Part shown: piece by piece, positions 40,646-50,543 of the stretch | Layout: each line of letters begins with the position of its first letter | Position numbering within the stretch: position 1 is the stretch's first letter | NCBI GenBank assembly: GCA_963668025.2 | Contig: CAXXTH010000009.1 | Coordinates: forward strand, 128,315 to 192,314 | From: Candidatus Hydrogenedentota bacterium | GTDB taxonomy: Bacteria; Hydrogenedentota; Hydrogenedentia; Hydrogenedentales; SLHB01 | Length of the DNA: 64,000 bases | Reading direction: 5' to 3' | Translations under genes and position numbers: made by a program | Notes under the pieces: generated by a model | The model's database searches: none | Told to the model about the DNA's origin: nothing | The model's input: only the letters and a program-made list of their open reading frames with translations

Positions 40646-42514
40646 TTATTCGGCGCTTTTTTCTTCCGCAGGCGCCGCCGCATCTTCTGAACCTTGGGCC
40701 AGTTCCGCCATCATGGCGTTAGCGGCGTCCGTAGGATCAGCGCCGCCTTGCAGCAGCGACTTGGGCATGGCGTCGCGCATGACATCGCCAATGCTCACCG
40801 AGGCCGAACCGCTTGTAGCGTACGAACTCTGCACTTCTTGTTCTTTGTCCCGCTTGAATTCGCGGATGCTTAGGCCAATCTTGCGCTCAACCGGGTCCAC
40901 ACTGATGACTTTGGCCATCACTTTGTCGCCCACGGAAAGCACTTCCTCGGGGCGCTGCACCCGCTCTTCGGCCAGCTCACTCACGTGAATCAGGCCTTCG
41001 ACGCCATTGGCCAGCCGCGCAAATGCGCCGAAGCTGACGAGCTTGGCGATCTCGACTTCGAGGTGCGCGCCAATAGGCGTGCTCGCGACTACTTGCTGCC
41101 ACGGGTCATCTTCGAGCTGTTTGAGGCCTACGCTAATCTTCTCATTATCCGGGTCGATGCTGAGAATTTTCACTTCCACTTCCTGGTTCTTCTCGAGCAC
41201 CTCGGAAGGATGGGAAACCTTGCGCGTCCAGGACAAGTCGCTCACATGGAGCAGCGCGTCGATGCCGTCTTCAATGGCGATAAACGCGCCATATTCCGTC
41301 ATATTGCGCACAATGCCCTTGACGGTCGAATTAATGGGATAGCGCTCCGAGAGATCGCGCCATGGATTCGGGCGGGTCTGCTTGATGCCCAAGGCGATCT
41401 TCTCTGCGTCCGGATCCACATTGAGAATCATCACATCGACGATTTCTTCAAGGGTAAGCATCTCAGAAGGATGCCGCACACGGCGGGTCCAGCTCATTTC
41501 GCTCACATGGACCATGCCTTCGATGCCGTCTTCAAGCTGTACGAACGCGCCGTAGTCGGTCATGCTGACCACGCGCCCATGGGTGACGCTGCCGATGGGA
41601 TACCGGTCGACGGCGCTTTTCCATGGATTTTCGGTTTTCTGTTTGAGGCCGAGGCTGATGCGTTCGGTTTGCGGATCGAAATTGAGGACCATGACCTCAA
41701 TCTTATCGCCTACGGACACGACCTGCGAGGGGTGCTTCACGCGGCCCCAAGACATATCCGTGACATGCAGCAAGCCGTCAATGCCGCCCACATCCACGAA
41801 AGCGCCGAAGTCGGTGATATTTTTAACTTCGCCAGGGATAGTTTTGCCGATCTCGATGGTGGCCAGCAGGCGCTCTTTTTCACCAGCGCGCTGCTCTTCG
41901 AGGAGCTTGCGGCGGCTCACGACCACATTACGGCGGCGTTTCGTGAGTTTGATGATCTTGAGGTCCATTTCCTGGCCGAGGTACCGTTCGAGGTCGCTGG
42001 TGGGCCGCCAGGTGAGCTGGCTTGCGGGCATGAAGGCGTCAATGCCGATATCGACTTTAAGCCCGCCCTTCACACGGCGTACAATACGGCCGCGGATAAT
42101 TCCGTCTTCTTCATATATACGCTGAATATGCGTCCAATTCTTAATTTTATCGGCCTTAATCTTCGAGAGAACCGGCGTTCCTTCATCATTTTCCGGCTCG
42201 TCGATGAACACATCAAATTCTTCACCGACTTGCAGCTCGTTCACATTACTGAACTCAGTGACGGGAATGATCCCCTCGCTTTTATAGCCGATGTCAACAA
42301 GCACGTAATCATCGGTTTTCTCTACGACCCGGCCGCGCACCACTTCGCCTTGTTTGAAGTTTTGCATGGTTTCGTCGTAAAGCGCCTGGAGCTCTTCCGG
42401 TGTCATCTCCAGTTCAGGGGGTAGCGAATCGTCTGATGGGATTGCAGCCTTGAAGGCCACAGGTTGTGAAACCGTCTTCGCGGTTTCTTCGGTTCCTAAT
42501 GTTTCCTCAGCCAT
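40646..42514 (-). CDS. rpsA: 30S ribosomal protein S1
   Basis: Six S1 repeats (DIGYKSEG, TDFGAFVD, DGLLHVTDMSW, ISLGLKQ); GAGAGG RBS. Confidence 0.97.
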   Translation of the reverse strand: MAEETLGTEETAKTVSQPVAFKAAIPSDDSLPPELEMTPEELQALYDETMQNFKQGEVVRGRVVEKTDDYVLVDIGYKSEGIIPVTEFSNVNELQVGEEFDVFIDEPENDEGTPVLSKIKADKIKNWTHIQRIYEEDGIIRGRIVRRVKGGLKVDIGIDAFMPASQLTWRPTSDLERYLGQEMDLKIIKLTKRRRNVVVSRRKLLEEQRAGEKERLLATIEIGKTIPGEVKNITDFGAFVDVGGIDGLLHVTDMSWGRVKHPSQVVSVGDKIEVMVLNFDPQTERISLGLKQKTENPWKSAVDRYPIGSVTHGRVVSMTDYGAFVQLEDGIEGMVHVSEMSWTRRVRHPSEMLTLEEIVDVMILNVDPDAEKIALGIKQTRPNPWRDLSERYPINSTVKGIVRNMTEYGAFIAIEDGIDALLHVSDLSWTRKVSHPSEVLEKNQEVEVKILSIDPDNEKISVGLKQLEDDPWQQVVASTPIGAHLEVEIAKLVSFGAFARLANGVEGLIHVSELAEERVQRPEEVLSVGDKVMAKVISVDPVERKIGLSIREFKRDKEQEVQSSYATSGSASVSIGDVMRDAMPKSLLQGGADPTDAANAMMAELAQGSEDAAAPAEEKSAE

Positions 42515-42722
42515 AGTTCCTCTCGTTTCCTCCGTTGCTTTGGATTTGCGCATCTGCATGTAGCGCACAGAGGGTCAAGTATAGCAACCGCTCGCGGACT
42601 TCGTCAAATTCCATGGCTCCCAAGGGGCCTGCGTCAAAAAAGTGGGTTTTCGTTTCCCCCCCCTTTTTTTGGCCCGATGTATGTAGTAAGATTACTACAA
42701 TAAATAGAGAGGAGAACCAATC

Positions 42723-43103
42723 ATGGCCAATAAACGCACGCTGGAAGAAAAACGCTTGGACTTGCTCGAACAATTGGGCGAAATACGAACCTTGAGAAAA
42801 GGATCCCTCAATGAACAATGGTTTCCCTCTATCAAGGACGGGAAAAAAACGCGAGAGTTACGCGGACCCTATTACTTATGGACAAGCAAGAAAAACAATA
42901 AGACCGTGAGCGAACGCATTTGCGGCGAGCAAGAATTGAACCGCGCGCGTCAGGATGAGGAAAACTATAAACGTTTCCGGGATGTATGCAGACAATTCGA
43001 GTCGGTGGCCCAAGAACTGGGCGAACTGGAACGGATGCAGAGCGCCGAACAAGACGCCCTCAAAAAAAAACGCAAGCCGCCATCGAAAAAGACGCCGAAG
43101 TAA
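42723..43103 (+). CDS. IS accessory OrfA (DUF6788-like)
   Basis: LRKGSL..GPYYLWT; GAGGAG RBS; ends just after an A9 run (43062-43070) overlapping the transposase in the -1 frame. Confidence 0.75.
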   Translation: MANKRTLEEKRLDLLEQLGEIRTLRKGSLNEQWFPSIKDGKKTRELRGPYYLWTSKKNNKTVSERICGEQELNRARQDEENYKRFRDVCRQFESVAQELGELERMQSAEQDALKKKRKPPSKKTPK

Positions 43104-44406
43104 CGCGGATTTTCAACGCGGCAAAACGCGCGGCGGGAACGGATCTCGAAGCATTGGAACAAGCCCTGCGCGGCGCGGCCCTCATGGGAGGGGCCAAGGC
43201 GCTCGATGCCTTTTTAAGAAAGGTGGGCGTGGGCCGGCGCGGGGAAAAAGCGCGTTGCTCATGCATGGCGGTAATGAAAAGCCGTGGCCTGAAGACAAAA
43301 ACCATCGTCACTCTTTTGGGCAAGATCCGCTTTACGCGCACCGCCTACCGGTGCCCCCGGTGCGGCAAATGGCGGTATCCCGGCGACGAGGAGCTCGATG
43401 TCGCCAACACGCGCTATTCGCCGGGTGTGCGGCGTCTCGTGGCGGATTTCGCCAGCGACGCCCCATTCAAAAGGGTGTCGCAACAACTGAAAGCAGCCGC
43501 CGGACTCGTGATCAGCCGCAAGGACTGTGAGCGTATCGCGGAACAGACCGGCCAGCAAGCCGCCCACTGGTTCGCGCAAGAACGGGACCGTATCCGATTC
43601 CAGGAACCGCCGCCTCCCGATGCCGCCAAAACTATCGAGACCCTTTACATCGAGTTCGACGGCAGCGGCGTTCCCATGGTGCCCGAGGCGCTCGAAGGCC
43701 GCAAGGGAAAATATCAAAACGGCAAGCCCAAAACCCGCGAGGTGAAAATCGGATGCGTTTTTTCTCAAACCGCCTTCAACGAAAAAGGCCGCCCCATCCG
43801 GGATAGGGGCTCCGCCAGTTTCGTGGGCGCCATCGAGACGTCCGAACAGTTTCAATGGCGCATCTACGCCGAGGCCGTCCGCCGCGGATTGTTCAGGGCC
43901 AAACGCGTCGTATGCCTCACCGATGGGGCCGAATGGATACGAAACATCGTACAAACCCATTTTCACGCCGCCATCCACGTAGTCGACTTGTATCACGCGC
44001 GCGAGCATCTCGGGAACCTGTGCAAATTGTTGTTTGGACGCGACGAAAAACGTTTGGCCTTGTACAAGGGCAAATGGTGGGACGATCTGGATGAGGGAAA
44101 GATCGAAACCATCGTGGAAGAAGCCGCCGTGCTGTTGCCAAACAATGGGCCGGATGCCAAAGAAGCCGTTACCGCCATCGGCTATTTTGAGACGAACAAA
44201 GAACGCATGCGCTACAACGATTTTTTGCCAAGGGACTATTCGTTGGCTCGGGAGTCATTGAAGCGGCGTGCAGGACGGTCGTTGGCCAGCGTATGAAGCA
44301 CTCCGGTATGGAATGGACCGTCCGTGGCGCAAATGCCATTACGGCGTTGCGATGCCTTATTCAATCCAATCGCTTCGAGGAGTATTGGGAACAAAGAACC
44401 GGATGA
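42986..44406 (+). pseudogene. ISKra4 DDE transposase with a frameshift at the T6 run 44221-44226
   Basis: FDGSGVPM, REVKIG, TDGAEWI, VDLYHAREHL, RMRY. The conserved GSGVIEAAC..QRMKHSGMEW..GA segment is in another frame, ending TGA at 44404-44406. Confidence 0.85.
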
Positions 44407-44507
44407 AAACCCACTTTTTTGACGCAGGCCCTGCTCCCAAAACTGCAATCTTGCTTCCTTATCCATCCACCGAAAAACAGAGGTTTTTTTTTGCGACAGA
44501 CTTATCT

Positions 44508-46329
44508 GAGGCATTTGCGAAATAGCGTGGTTTGCGAACGCGCGGACGGTGCGGGCACACGCGGAGCGGTTTTCGCCTGTGGCAATGGGATTACGCCTCC
44601 GCTACGGGTGCAATAAATCATGCAGGAGGTTCGCGTGTAGGACCCTTGCGGCCCGAATGGGCATGGTTTGCCCTTGATTCGGGCCATCATTGCTTGTGCG
44701 GATTCGATGTGATCTATGCGGCGCGGGGCTGTCCGAGGAGCGAGCGCATGCGTTCTGCCTGGCCGGCTTCGAGCCATCCCAGGGCCATGCCGAGCATGAC
44801 GAGGAGGGCTAATCCGGTGCGGGCGCGCATCTTTTTCATACCGCGGATGTAGTGGCGCTCGAATCCGTATGCGCCGTCGAGTCGGCTGTTGACTCGCTCG
44901 ATGGCGGTGCGGTGTTTGTATTCGCGGCGCCAGGATTTGGCGCTGCGGGGCAGGGGGGTAAAGATGCGCCGGTCGATAGCGATGGGCACGCGGACAATCC
45001 GTCCGTGTTCGGGCTGGCATCCTTGGTTGCAGAGGTCTTGCTGGGTACAGGCGCTCCCGCGTGCCTTGGCTGGGCAACGGTATTTCAAGGTTCCCCGATC
45101 TTGCTCGAATCCTTGGTAGGCCATGGAATCATAGTTGTCGCGTTCGTTTGGGGCGCCGTTACGACACCGGCAGAGGACTTCACCTCGTTCGGTATGGAAG
45201 ATCGTGTCTACCCGTTCGGGATATAAAGGGCGGGGCCGTTCCGGTTCTTCTTTCCAGGTCGCCCGGATGTCCACGATGGGCCGGATTTCATGTTCCTCGA
45301 AGAGGCCCTTGTTGTTGGCTTCGGAATCATAGCCCTTGTCGGCGCTGAGGTACTCGGCGCGTTGGACGAGTTCGGGGTGGCGCGCGTCGAGAGCCGCCAC
45401 GAGGGGCAGCAGAAAGGGCGAGTCGTTGGCGCTGGCTTTCGTGACCGCGTAGCCCAGCGGCAATTCATATTTCGTGTCCACGATGAGGTGCAGCTTGTAG
45501 CCGAACCACCGTTTGACCTTCTCCCAGGGCGTGCCGTCCTTGTGAACGCCCTTGTAGGTTTTCGTGCCCCAGTCTGCGTCGCGGTCGCGCCGCCCGTCCG
45601 GCTCTTCGTTTTCCAGGACCGCGTCTTTGCGCGGAGGCTTGGCGTGGGTTTGGATGGCTTTCGAGTCTACGGCCAGACGCACCCCGAGATCCGGCAAGCG
45701 TTCCATCAGCCGGACGATGAGCGCGTCGAACATCCGGTCCACTTCTTTCCAGTGGCGCAGTAATCTGGCGAAGAACCGCGTGTACACCCATTCGGGCGGG
45801 ACCGCCTTGGCGCCCCGCAACACGTCGAATCCGCACAACTGGCGCAATTGCCCGTTTCGGGCTAGTTCGCGGCGCAGGCTTTCGACGCCGTCGTGCTGGA
45901 AGACGATCCCCGCCAGTATGCTGTTCCACATCGCGCGGATAGGATAATCGTCGCGCCGCCCCTTGCGTTCGGCTTCCATCGCCCGCATCAAATCTTCATC
46001 CGGCAGCGCCGCCAGCAACAGGTTCAGCCGATCCAGATCCGACGCCGCGTCGACCTGGTTCCACGAGAACAACCCCATTTGGTGTATAATGGCCATCGCA
46101 AACGTCTCCTTGGTGTGTGCGTGGTTATGTGGTCAACTATACTACAATCACACACGGGAGACGTTACGCCTTTTCCCGCTCGCCGAGGGCATTTGGGGTG
46201 ATTTTTCACAAAAAATCCTTATTCATGCCCCCGCCAAGCCCCTTTCCCCGCATTCTCCGGGGTAGGCGCCAATTCCGCCGCTTTGTAAACCCTTGTCAAT
46301 ACGGATTTTCTTTATTTCGCAAATGCCTC
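44508..46329 (-). mobile_element. IS1182/IS5-like insertion sequence
   Basis: 17-bp TIR gaggcatttgcgaaata at 44508-44524 and 46313-46329. 6-bp target duplication TTATCT at 44502-44507 and 46330-46335. Confidence 0.9.
44714..46096 (-). CDS. DDE transposase (IS1182/IS5-like), apparently intact
   Basis: AVDSK, WFGYKLHLIVD, ADKGYD, YKHRTAIERVNS. Confidence 0.92.
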   Translation of the reverse strand: MAIIHQMGLFSWNQVDAASDLDRLNLLLAALPDEDLMRAMEAERKGRRDDYPIRAMWNSILAGIVFQHDGVESLRRELARNGQLRQLCGFDVLRGAKAVPPEWVYTRFFARLLRHWKEVDRMFDALIVRLMERLPDLGVRLAVDSKAIQTHAKPPRKDAVLENEEPDGRRDRDADWGTKTYKGVHKDGTPWEKVKRWFGYKLHLIVDTKYELPLGYAVTKASANDSPFLLPLVAALDARHPELVQRAEYLSADKGYDSEANNKGLFEEHEIRPIVDIRATWKEEPERPRPLYPERVDTIFHTERGEVLCRCRNGAPNERDNYDSMAYQGFEQDRGTLKYRCPAKARGSACTQQDLCNQGCQPEHGRIVRVPIAIDRRIFTPLPRSAKSWRREYKHRTAIERVNSRLDGAYGFERHYIRGMKKMRARTGLALLVMLGMALGWLEAGQAERMRSLLGQPRAA

Positions 46330-46408
46330 TTATCTGTATACATGTGGCAAAAAAACAGATGGGTATGTTATGATGAGAAAAGGCGGGTGCGCATGGAGAG
46401 GGTGCCGT

Positions 46409-47623
46409 ATGTGGCTCTTAATAATGCCTGCAGGCCTTCAACAGATCCCGGCAATTCAAGAAGCGCGAAAGCTTGGATTGCGTGTCATAGCGATAGATCG
46501 CAATCCACAGGCTGAAGGCTTCAAGCATGCGGACGCTTCCGCCGCTATTGATCCCCTTGATACGCAAGATGTTATCTGCTTGGCTCGCGAGTATGGCGTG
46601 GATGCCGTGCTCTCCGTGGCCTGCGATCCTTGCGCCCTTCCCGCGGCGCTAGTTGCAGCGGAATTAGGCCTGCCAGGCCCGCCCGTGGAATCTGTTCGGA
46701 AATGCACCAACAAGGCCCTGGGGCGGGAACAATTGCACGATATGCTGCCCCCGTATTGCCCCGCTTTTCATGTGATCAGGCGGCCTGAAGACCTGGAATA
46801 TGCCTGCCGCAAGCTTGCTCCTCCTATCGTAATAAAGCCGGTTGACAGTAGTGGCAGCCGGGGAGTCTCCGTGGCCGCCGAAGAGGACTCGCTGGAATCG
46901 GCCTATCGCCATGCGCTTCATTTTTCCAAGCAAGGAGTGGTGATTGCCGAGGAATACCTTAGCGGAAGGCAATTTAGTGTGGAGTCCGTCACCTGCCGCA
47001 GGAAGACCGCCATCGTTTGTATTAGCGAAACGAAGGTGACGGAGCCGCCGTATTGCGTATCGTTGGGGCATACCGCGCCCGCCAGCCTTTCTTCGAACGC
47101 GCAGGATGCCTTGAAAGCTGCCGTTCGAGATGTCATTCAAGCATTCGACCTTACCGATTGCGTATCGCACATCGAGATGATCTTAACTGGACAGGGGATG
47201 AAACTGATTGAAATCGGCCCGCGCCAGAGCGGGGGAGCTATCGCCACCCATCTTGCGCCGCACGCCATGGGTGTCCATTTGGTGCAGGCGGCCATATCGC
47301 TGGCGCTGGACAAGGAGCCGGATATACGCCCGGCGGCGCATGAAGGCGGCGCGGCGGTCCGTTTTTTCACTGCGGCTTCAGGCCGCATAACGGCTGTAGC
47401 CGGTTTAGAGGATGTCCGAAAAGCAGCAGGGCTGGTAGATCTGTCGTTTCTGGGGGCAGTGGGGAGAAAGGTGGGGCCGCTCAAGGATTGCACGGGGCGC
47501 TTGGGGCATGTGGTGTGTGTGGGAGCCTCTCCCCAAGAAGCGGCGTCCAGAGCGGAAAAGGCGCTGGCCTCGGCCTCCATATCCGTTGAGCATGAATGCC
47601 GGTATGCGGAAAAGAAAGGATAA
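46409..47623 (+). CDS. ATP-grasp domain ligase (carboxylate-amine ligase)
   Basis: TNKA..R, IKPVDSSGSRGV, EEYLSG.QFSVE, IEIGPR.SGG. Confidence 0.88.
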   Translation: MWLLIMPAGLQQIPAIQEARKLGLRVIAIDRNPQAEGFKHADASAAIDPLDTQDVICLAREYGVDAVLSVACDPCALPAALVAAELGLPGPPVESVRKCTNKALGREQLHDMLPPYCPAFHVIRRPEDLEYACRKLAPPIVIKPVDSSGSRGVSVAAEEDSLESAYRHALHFSKQGVVIAEEYLSGRQFSVESVTCRRKTAIVCISETKVTEPPYCVSLGHTAPASLSSNAQDALKAAVRDVIQAFDLTDCVSHIEMILTGQGMKLIEIGPRQSGGAIATHLAPHAMGVHLVQAAISLALDKEPDIRPAAHEGGAAVRFFTAASGRITAVAGLEDVRKAAGLVDLSFLGAVGRKVGPLKDCTGRLGHVVCVGASPQEAASRAEKALASASISVEHECRYAEKKG

Positions 47624-47629
47624 GACATA

Positions 47630-48604
47630 ATGTATGACATCAGTATTATCATACCTATGCTTAACGAGGAGCAGAATTCCAGGCCCTTATATGAGCGATT
47701 ATCCGCCACTCTCGCCGCATATGGCAAATCGTATGAAATCGTGTTTGTGGACGATGGGAGTACGGATAAAACAGTTGAAATCCTGCAGTCATTTCAAAAA
47801 TCGGATTCCCGTATTGTCCTCGTGCAATTCCTTAGGAATTTCGGGCAGCAGGCCGCGATAATCGCCGGAATTCAATATTCTTCCGGACGGGTGGCGGTGG
47901 TCATCGATGGAGATTTGCAGCGCCCTCCTGAAGCGATTCCAATTCTTATTGATAAATTATCGGAAGGTTATGATGTGGTTTATGGCATTCGTGATCATCG
48001 CAAAGAATCATGGCGCCGCCGCATGGGTTCTTTTTTATTGGGGCAGCTTTTAGCGTTGATGACGGGCGACCGGGCTTTGACCCATATGAGCGCGTTCACG
48101 GCGATAAGTGAAGATATCGTGAAGAGCCTTAAAAGGCACCATGAGAATGAACCTTTTTATTTGGGTTTGATTTCGTATTTGAGCCATGGACGTTCGGCCT
48201 CGATTTTGGTGCAGGAATCCGCGCGCCTTGGCGGAGCCACCAAATACAACATGCGGCGGCTAATTAGCTTGGCGCTCAGTTTTATTTCCAGCTCGAGCAC
48301 GCTGCCGTTGCGGTTTATTCTCGTGTTAGGAGGGGGAACCGCTTTTCTAACGTTGTCTGGCCTGTTCATATGGTTCATCCTGTGCCTGTCGTTGTATGGG
48401 CAGCTAAGGCATGCCGGCCTGGCTCTTATACTGGGAGTTTTGGGCCTATTGTCGGGATTGCAGCTCGTGAGCATAGGCATCCTAGCGGAGTATATGCGCA
48501 AGATATATATTGAAAACCGGGGACGCCCATTATATATAGTACGCCGCTGCTTAAAGCACACTTCTGGCCACGGAAGTGATGAAGGCGCAATAGGAGAACA
48601 ATGA
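47630..48604 (+). CDS. GT2 polyprenyl-phosphate glycosyltransferase (GtrB/ArnC-like)
   Basis: IIIPMLNEE, VDDGSTD, RNFGQQAA, DGDLQ, two C-terminal TM helices, RPLYIV. Confidence 0.92.
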   Translation: MYDISIIIPMLNEEQNSRPLYERLSATLAAYGKSYEIVFVDDGSTDKTVEILQSFQKSDSRIVLVQFLRNFGQQAAIIAGIQYSSGRVAVVIDGDLQRPPEAIPILIDKLSEGYDVVYGIRDHRKESWRRRMGSFLLGQLLALMTGDRALTHMSAFTAISEDIVKSLKRHHENEPFYLGLISYLSHGRSASILVQESARLGGATKYNMRRLISLALSFISSSSTLPLRFILVLGGGTAFLTLSGLFIWFILCLSLYGQLRHAGLALILGVLGLLSGLQLVSIGILAEYMRKIYIENRGRPLYIVRRCLKHTSGHGSDEGAIGEQ

Positions 48605-49251
48605 ACACAACCGGGTGCGTGTTGGCTGAACAGGATCTCGATGCCGTAAGGCGGAGGTACCAGGAGCGGATCGCGCTTCATGGCGTGACAATGGCTTCTC
48701 TCAGTACGGGAGGGGAGGCGAAACAGCGCGCGCGATACGCGGTTCATGATTCGGTGGTTTGCACGCCCAATCCGTCAATCCTCGATGTAGGCTGCGGATT
48801 AGGCCTTTTCTACGATTACCTAACCGGGCAGGGAAAACGATGCGCGTATCATGGTTATGACATCGTCCCCGAGTATGTAGCAGAGTGCCGGAAACGGCAC
48901 CCAGAAGCCCGGTTTGAAGTCCGGAATATTTTCGATGAAGGTATTGATGGCCATTATGACCATATTTTCCTGTGCCAGGTGCTCAACAACCGTTTCGTGG
49001 CGTCGGATAATCTCCGAGTCATTCAAACGGCCATCGCGCTGGCTTTCGAGCATTGCCGGGTGTGCGCTTCCATTGATATGATGTCTACCTATGTCGATTA
49101 TCGGGACGAGCATCTCTATTATTATTCACCGGAAGGAGTGTTCGCCTTCGCCAAGCGGCTCACGCGCCGCGTGGCGCTCCGCCATGACTACCGGGGTTTT
49201 GAGTTCTGTATCCAGTTATTCCGTGAGGGAGCGCCAGGGTATGTGCCGTGA
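48601..49251 (+). CDS. Class I SAM-dependent methyltransferase
   Basis: ILDVGCGLG, YHGYDI; C-terminal LRHDY..EF. Confidence 0.88.
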   Translation: MNTTGCVLAEQDLDAVRRRYQERIALHGVTMASLSTGGEAKQRARYAVHDSVVCTPNPSILDVGCGLGLFYDYLTGQGKRCAYHGYDIVPEYVAECRKRHPEARFEVRNIFDEGIDGHYDHIFLCQVLNNRFVASDNLRVIQTAIALAFEHCRVCASIDMMSTYVDYRDEHLYYYSPEGVFAFAKRLTRRVALRHDYRGFEFCIQLFREGAPGYVP

Positions 49252-49555
49252 AGAATATTGCCTAAACTAGAAGAAGGAGATAGTAAAGTCTTTGTTTACA
49301 TCCTTATCTTTGCGAAACTCAACTAGTTTGGGCCTTTTCCACTAGAAAGGGGTAACGCTATAGCCGACAGAAGAAGCATCTGTTTTTTGGCAATGTGTAC
49401 TGCATCGCAGCGAGGTTGATACATGATATTCCATAAAACGACCGCTGGGGCATCGGTTCCACAGCTTTCATAATATACAGAGTGTGGTACCAGCGCTCTC
49501 GCCTGTTATTCTTCCTAAGTTTACTTAACTGATACAGAAAGGTAAAAGATGCAAA

Positions 49556-50401
49556 ATGAGCACTGATGGAACAACGCATTCGGAGATCGCCAAAGTAGAA
49601 CAACCTACAGTCACACAGATCGAGGAATTCCTACTTCAGGGAATTGGCGCGGCTTTGGATTCTCGGCTTGGGCGAGGGCCATGCGGCATTGTTCGTGCAG
49701 TGGCTGATAATTATCCAGGCGATGTGAGACCTGCGCCGAACATCGTCGCCCAAGCAGTCTGGGGGCTAGTGGTTCGCGGCCTAGCCTATTTCGATTTTAC
49801 CTCTGATAATGGTTCAGTTTTACCATCTAGTCCAGAAAATTGGTGGATTTATCCCACAGCAAGAGGTCTTGCTACCCGCAGTGCTCAGATTAATCCCGAT
49901 ATGCCGCAAGGTTACCTGGAGCAATTCGTGCGTGACATTCCACAAGCATCTGAAATTGTCCAGAAATATGTGAAGGAGGCTCTGGAGACGTATTCCCAGC
50001 GCTGTTACATGGCCTGTGCAGTCATGCTGGGCGTTGCCGCTGAAGCAGCGTTCTTTGAATTAATAGATAGCTTTGGTACCTATCCGGAACTTGATGATGC
50101 CAAGAAGAAGTCCTTTGATAGTACACAACACTCTTATAGCCAAATCCGCAAAGAATTCATAAAGCGCTTTGAGGCTTGCAGAGCTGATATACCTTACTTA
50201 GTCAAGGAGAACATTGACATTCAGTTGACTGCTATCTTCGAGCTCATCCGCAAATATCGGAACGATACAGGTCACCCAACCGGCTTCATCATGGATCGCG
50301 GGTCCTGTTTTCTCAGCCTCATTGCTTTTGTAGAAGCCGCTAAAAGGCTTTATGCCTTGAAAGGGTTTTTTGAGCATAAGGCTTATGATGAAAATATGTA
50401 G
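49556..50401 (+). CDS. Hypothetical protein with a C-terminal HEPN-like domain
   Basis: EALETY...MACAVMLGVAAE helix and RNDTGH (Rx4H) motif; AT-richer than neighbours. Confidence 0.6.
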   Translation: MSTDGTTHSEIAKVEQPTVTQIEEFLLQGIGAALDSRLGRGPCGIVRAVADNYPGDVRPAPNIVAQAVWGLVVRGLAYFDFTSDNGSVLPSSPENWWIYPTARGLATRSAQINPDMPQGYLEQFVRDIPQASEIVQKYVKEALETYSQRCYMACAVMLGVAAEAAFFELIDSFGTYPELDDAKKKSFDSTQHSYSQIRKEFIKRFEACRADIPYLVKENIDIQLTAIFELIRKYRNDTGHPTGFIMDRGSCFLSLIAFVEAAKRLYALKGFFEHKAYDENM

Positions 50402-50543
50402 CAACAAAATAATAATATAAAATTCTAGTATAGCGAGATGCTGTAAGCGACCAAATTCTGGCATTGCCGGATAAGCAACGCAAAGGAACTCCTTAGCTTA
50501 AATACGTGTAAATTATGCACAACGTCGGGAAAGGAAACGTGCG

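Larger units (their letters stand above)
42624..44432 (+). mobile_element. ISKra4-family (IS256-related) insertion sequence
   Basis: 27-bp perfect TIR gggcctgcgtcaaaaaagtgggttttc at 42625-42651 and 44405-44431. 8-bp target duplication GCTCCCAA at 42616-42623 and 44433-44440. Confidence 0.9.

Noticed and set aside
40985-42424. 479-aa ORF on the + strand
   Set aside because: Antisense shadow of rpsA. The same applies to the many overlapping antisense ORFs in this GC-rich window.
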